A stretch of DNA of 57,788 bases, counting the filler, from Bipalium vagum (lineage: Eukaryota): NCBI GenBank assembly GCA_037834085.1. It is 3 parts of 3 records of this genome, joined end to end, with 100 filler letters (N's around TTAATTAATTAA, not from the genome) between each part and the next. Parts side by side here need not be neighbours in the genome. Positions count along the whole stretch, not along the records: positions 39,475 to 57,788 come from JBBMKC010029455.1; 2 more parts are not named here. The stretch is one strand, 5' to 3'. Of the stretch, positions 53,241-57,788 are shown piece by piece. Position numbers and translations under genes: made by a program. The notes under the pieces are model-generated. The model had not been told where the DNA came from. It searched no databases and was given only the letters and a program-made list of their open reading frames with translations. The first letter of the stretch is position 1. Every line of letters starts with the position of its first letter.

Positions 53241-56223
53241 TGCAACCGGCAACTCGTTGGAACGTTGTCGATATTCCTTGCAGATTTTCTTTTGGCATTT
53301 TCAAGTGCAATATGGGGATGTCTTTAACAGAAAATTATTTTTGAACAAATGTGCTGGCATAACAACATTTCAACCGGTTTATCTTTCGTTTTGCAATGAT
53401 GCAGAATTCAATGTTTTCGTTGGCTTTCAGTATTTACTTTGCTCCGGTTTCGTTTTATTAGGCTTTCTTGTTGGGACAAATCGTTGAAAGACTTAACGTT
53501 GTCTTGTTTGGCTTGATTAAACAGAAAAAGAGAGGAGATATTAAACAATCAACAGATTAAATGAAAAGGTTTAATTTGGCTAATATTGACCTTTTGCGGC
53601 CGAATTTTAATGATTTTTTAAGGCAGTTAATTTATTCAAAAAATAATATTTGATAAAATATACAAAAATAAATATTAAATTGAAAAAATTAAAATAGAAT
53701 ATTATCAAAATACCAAAATATATTATTATAAGTGAAGACTTGGCTTAGCCTTATTCAGTTTGATTAAAACGAAAAAAGATATTAAATAAAGAAAAATGAA
53801 AAGGTTTAAGCTGCTTAAGATTTTTATTTTAAAGATCTTTTTTAGTAATTAATTATTTTTTTTAAAAATTATTTATTTTTAATTTAAAATAAATTTAAAA
53901 TAAATAATTTAAAATAAATAATATTAAATTAACAACATCTATAATAAATGGTTAATATTGATTGGTTAATAATTTAATAAAATATTACTTTTTAATACTT
54001 TAATATTTTTTAACTGAAATATAGTAAGTGTCAACTATTGGTTGCGCTATATAAATATTATTCCGTTTATTTTGTACTAAGAAAGTACGCTTCGACACCC
54101 TGATTTTTGTTTCTTCATTTATGGTAAGATATATTCTTTTTTTACATATGTTATATTTTTTTCCACGAATAATTGCAAATTGAATAATTAATTTTCACTT
54201 TCTTTATTATTTGAAACCACAATTTATTTTATTGGTGTATTATTTTTTATCATTATATGGTATTTCTTATCAAGCCCATTTTCCACTTAGTACATCTTCA
54301 AATATGTGGGAAAAGGAATAAGAACGAAAATTATTTTGGACTTTATATGAACTTTATCAATCTTAGAATTAAAAATATAATTTGTTTACGTCATTTTCTG
54401 TACTATAATAGACAAAATATGTAGAATTGTTGCATGAGAGTCTGGAAATAATCTCTAGAGAAAGGAGTGCTAACGACAACCTCAATTCCATTCAATTGAT
54501 AATAATAAATATATCTAGAAAATCTCTCAATAAATGCACATCTTAGATTTGTTGAGTACTGTACTTAAGAAACTAAAACTGGAATATTTTATTATTTAAA
54601 TTCATATTTATTCTTATTACATAAGAATAATAATATTTTTTTTATTATTTTTCAGAATTATAAAAATATTGACGAAAAAACAAATAATTAATAAAATATT
54701 GATTTAATATAAATATTAGAATAATTCACTCATTATTTGATTTTACAATAACATTTTTACTAAGTGTAACATTTCTTAAGCAAATTTCCAATATTTTTGT
54801 TTATGCATTTAAAATTTTAATAATGGCACCGTTATAATTATTTTTTTTTATACATGTTGTGTAATATGAGGTAATTTTTGATTTACATAATTGTGAGATC
54901 CTTAGTAATCAAGTTTAGGTTAAAGGTTAGGGACTAGGCCAAGGAACAATGATATCATCTAACAGAGAATTATTACAATCCATTGGCATTCTATCAATGC
55001 CATAAAATATCCCCTAATTTATTATTAAATATGAATAAAGATGAATTCATTATACTTCATTATTGTTCTAATGAATTACATTACTTCCACCAGTGAAATC
55101 ATTATTATTAGTTAGATATACTTTTTATGACAGAATTCATTGTCCTTGCCTTATTGTCATTTAGATAAAAGAGAAACTTCATTTGATTGAAAATTTCTAT
55201 TGATAAAAAATAAAGAATTCTGTCTCTTAAAAAGTTAAGGCATTAATACAATAAATAATAAAATGTTATTAAAAATATTATTATTATTATTATTAATTAT
55301 TTCATCACCAGATTTCTATTGGACATTATTTTTTAAATTTAAAACACTTTAAAGTTAATAAAATTGTAAGATAAGATCTAAATGCTTAATGAAACCAGAC
55401 ATGAGTTCTGTCAAATAAATATTTAATGGATTGTTTGGTTTTGAAGGACCAAGGAAATTACAATATAATTCTAAATTTTCATGTTAACCTTGGACAATAT
55501 ACGACAACCAGTTTGTTTAAATTTCCTTATTTTGTTATTCAATCTCAAGGCTGACATTTTGAAAATGTTATATTGATTGAGAAAAATCGTTTGTTGACTT
55601 TTTTGAATAAGGGAGTTATGAAACCCTTTGTGTATCAAAACTCGAACATGTCTGTGTTACGAAGTGTTCTAATGAAGATCTATAATTATTTTTAAGTTTG
55701 TTTGGTTTAATTCGATTTTCGGCATTAAATTGACTTTAATATTTATAAAGTTAAGAAAATTGAAACAGAAAATTGTCATCCAATCTTAAGAGAAATAACT
55801 AAAGATATGACAATGGTCAAAGTAGTTGTTTGGAACATTCTTCGAGAATGAGACATCTTCTGTTCCAAAAGAACTTTGTTTTTCAAAACAGTACCGTAAA
55901 CAAGTTGCTGAAGATATATTTGAATATAAGTAAATTTTGACCTCTTCCCTTAAAGCATCACACTCATTGATAAGAGATTTTGGAAATGGTTTATAAAATA
56001 TCCAGCAGATAAGAGGATTTAGTGAATAAACAGGAAGAAAAAGTAAATCATTTATAGATTAAATATTATGTACATAGAATTCGACAACACAATTTTCGAA
56101 GGACCACATTTAAATTTATTCCAGTTCTTATAATATATTAATTTCATCTATTAGTTTCCAAATACATTGTGGGCTTTCATTCACTCCTGGATCAAAAATA
56201 TGTCCAAATAAAAGTTAGTTGAC

Positions 56224-56310
56224 ATTGGGAAGACTGCCGAGATAGACGAAAGCAAAATCGGAAAACGCCATCACCATGGTCACGATGTCGAGGAGACCAA
56301 GGTTTTGGAA
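56224..56310 (+). mobile_element. Merlin (ISXO2/IS1595-like) transposase remnant
   Basis: IGKTAEIDESKIGKRHHHGHDVEE matches the G..VEIDESK.GKRKY.RG..VEG motif. Confidence 0.7.
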
Positions 56311-57788
56311 ACAAATGAAATCTTTAGTAAATATATTATGCTGTAACCTACCACTCTGCATAGAGAAAGGTCGAAAGTTTCATAAACAAAACTAAAATTT
56401 TCTAATTGACTCAAAATAAGTTTTTATCATTAAAAGATATTAAAAAAATATTGACATTTTGATGTTCACCTCACATTTAATGGAAAAATTGGAAGTGAAA
56501 GGGTATAGAACTTCCCCTTTCTTCACAAATAATTAAAACCCATTATGTAATGGTTTCCTACGATCACTTCAATCAGAAATGATTTCTCTTTTGTTATAAA
56601 AATATGTGTATGGTTCTGCTTGTTCAAATTAATTGTTTTAAAAATCAAATTAGCACTCCATATAAAATCATTTGTTCCTTTTCAGATGAATTCTTTCTCA
56701 TTTTTTATTTTTCTTTTAAGATAAAAGAATCCATTTTAAAATCTCTTTTGGTACTACATTTCAAAACTTCTGTGGCAATTAATTTTTCTTGGGTTAAAGC
56801 ATATTATTTTTAGATAATCTTGTATAGATTTTTTTAAAATTTTAAGGTCATTTATTTCACTATCAGACTTTTCTTCTCTTCCTTATGATCTTAGACCATA
56901 AATTTATAAAAGCCCCTTCATATCTCCATCAATGAATTATTATAACAAACCACTTAATCAATAATTGACGAATTTTCAAAGAGTTACGGATTTGAAGGGC
57001 AAGGTACCACAACTATGGAAATCATTTTCAATGATGATAGCTCCTCAAAGGATGTCCAAATAACTCTTATTTATAAGATTCGAAGTCTCCACCATCCACT
57101 TTAAATCCCTTCGATAATTTGCAGTTTTAAATTTTTATGCTTCTCTTAAGATAAAAATTTTTCTCTTAGAAAATATTAATTAATTTTCTAAAGTTATTTA
57201 TTAATTAATTAATTTTAAAATTATACATAATAATATATTAATAATAATAATATATTTTTAACTTCATAAAAAAACTTAATAATAGAAAAAATAAGTTTAC
57301 TACAATAAGTAACAAGCGAACTTTGTTTTATTGAAGTCTTATGGAAAATAGATCACATTTTCTCAACATTTCGCTTTACGTAGAAATAATGAGAATGAGA
57401 TATCTCACCCCTTCTGAAGGCAAAGAGATTACACTTGAAATGTTAATTTGACGGATTTCAATATTAATCTTATTTCTCAACCTCACTGCCTCGTCTGGCG
57501 ATTTCGCGAAATAATAATCACTTAATAATTGAAATAAATTTTAATTATAAGAGAGAATTTGTTTTAGTTTTTGCAAAACTTTAATATTTAAAATGAAATA
57601 ATAATTTAATATTTCATTTTCAGAACTTAATCATTGTTACTTTTAGGATTATTTAAATAGACAAAATAACTGGTATATCCATAATAATAATTAAAAATAA
57701 TAATTAAAATGATAATAATAATAATAAAATAGTAATAATAATTAAAATAAAATAATATTAATATTAATAAATGATATTAATAATAAAA

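Noticed and set aside
53108-53487. Overlapping ORFs of 60-117 aa upstream of Rbfox
   Set aside because: No recognisable domain or splice linkage. The locally higher GC content explains them.
54914-54938. Telomere-like TTAGG(G) words
   Set aside because: Only 2-3 degenerate units, and they overlap a possible coding end.

Overview
This is very AT-rich animal DNA from a draft scaffold with three assembly gaps (14556-14690, 22886-22985, 39375-39474). It is possibly a flatworm, but that is my inference from the Rbfox sequence, the short introns and the mariner load. I reconstructed three spliced genes by hand. (1) A secreted CLCA-family gene (+, 25129-~39316) whose HExxH zinc motif and MIDAS motif are both degenerate, and whose last visible exon runs into a Tc1-like terminus just before a gap. 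(2) An intact 3-exon, 151-aa globin (-, 42745-43354) with the ancestral B12.2/G7.0 introns and a TATA/CCAAT promoter. (3) An intact Rbfox (fox-1) splicing factor (-, 49474-53027). There is also an isolated nicotinic-receptor-like exon (-, 14821-14898). The rest is mostly decayed Tc1/mariner, maT, pogo, Merlin, Penelope, LINE and SINE debris. The most interesting signals are the Rbfox-then-globin tandem arrangement, which mirrors vertebrate RBFOX2-myoglobin; a possible Rbfox autoregulatory architecture (93-nt RRM exon, UGCAUG, candidate poison exon, upstream hairpin/TGCACAC cluster); and the doubly catalytically dead CLCA. All gene models come from reading frame, splice signals and remembered family motifs, not from database searches.
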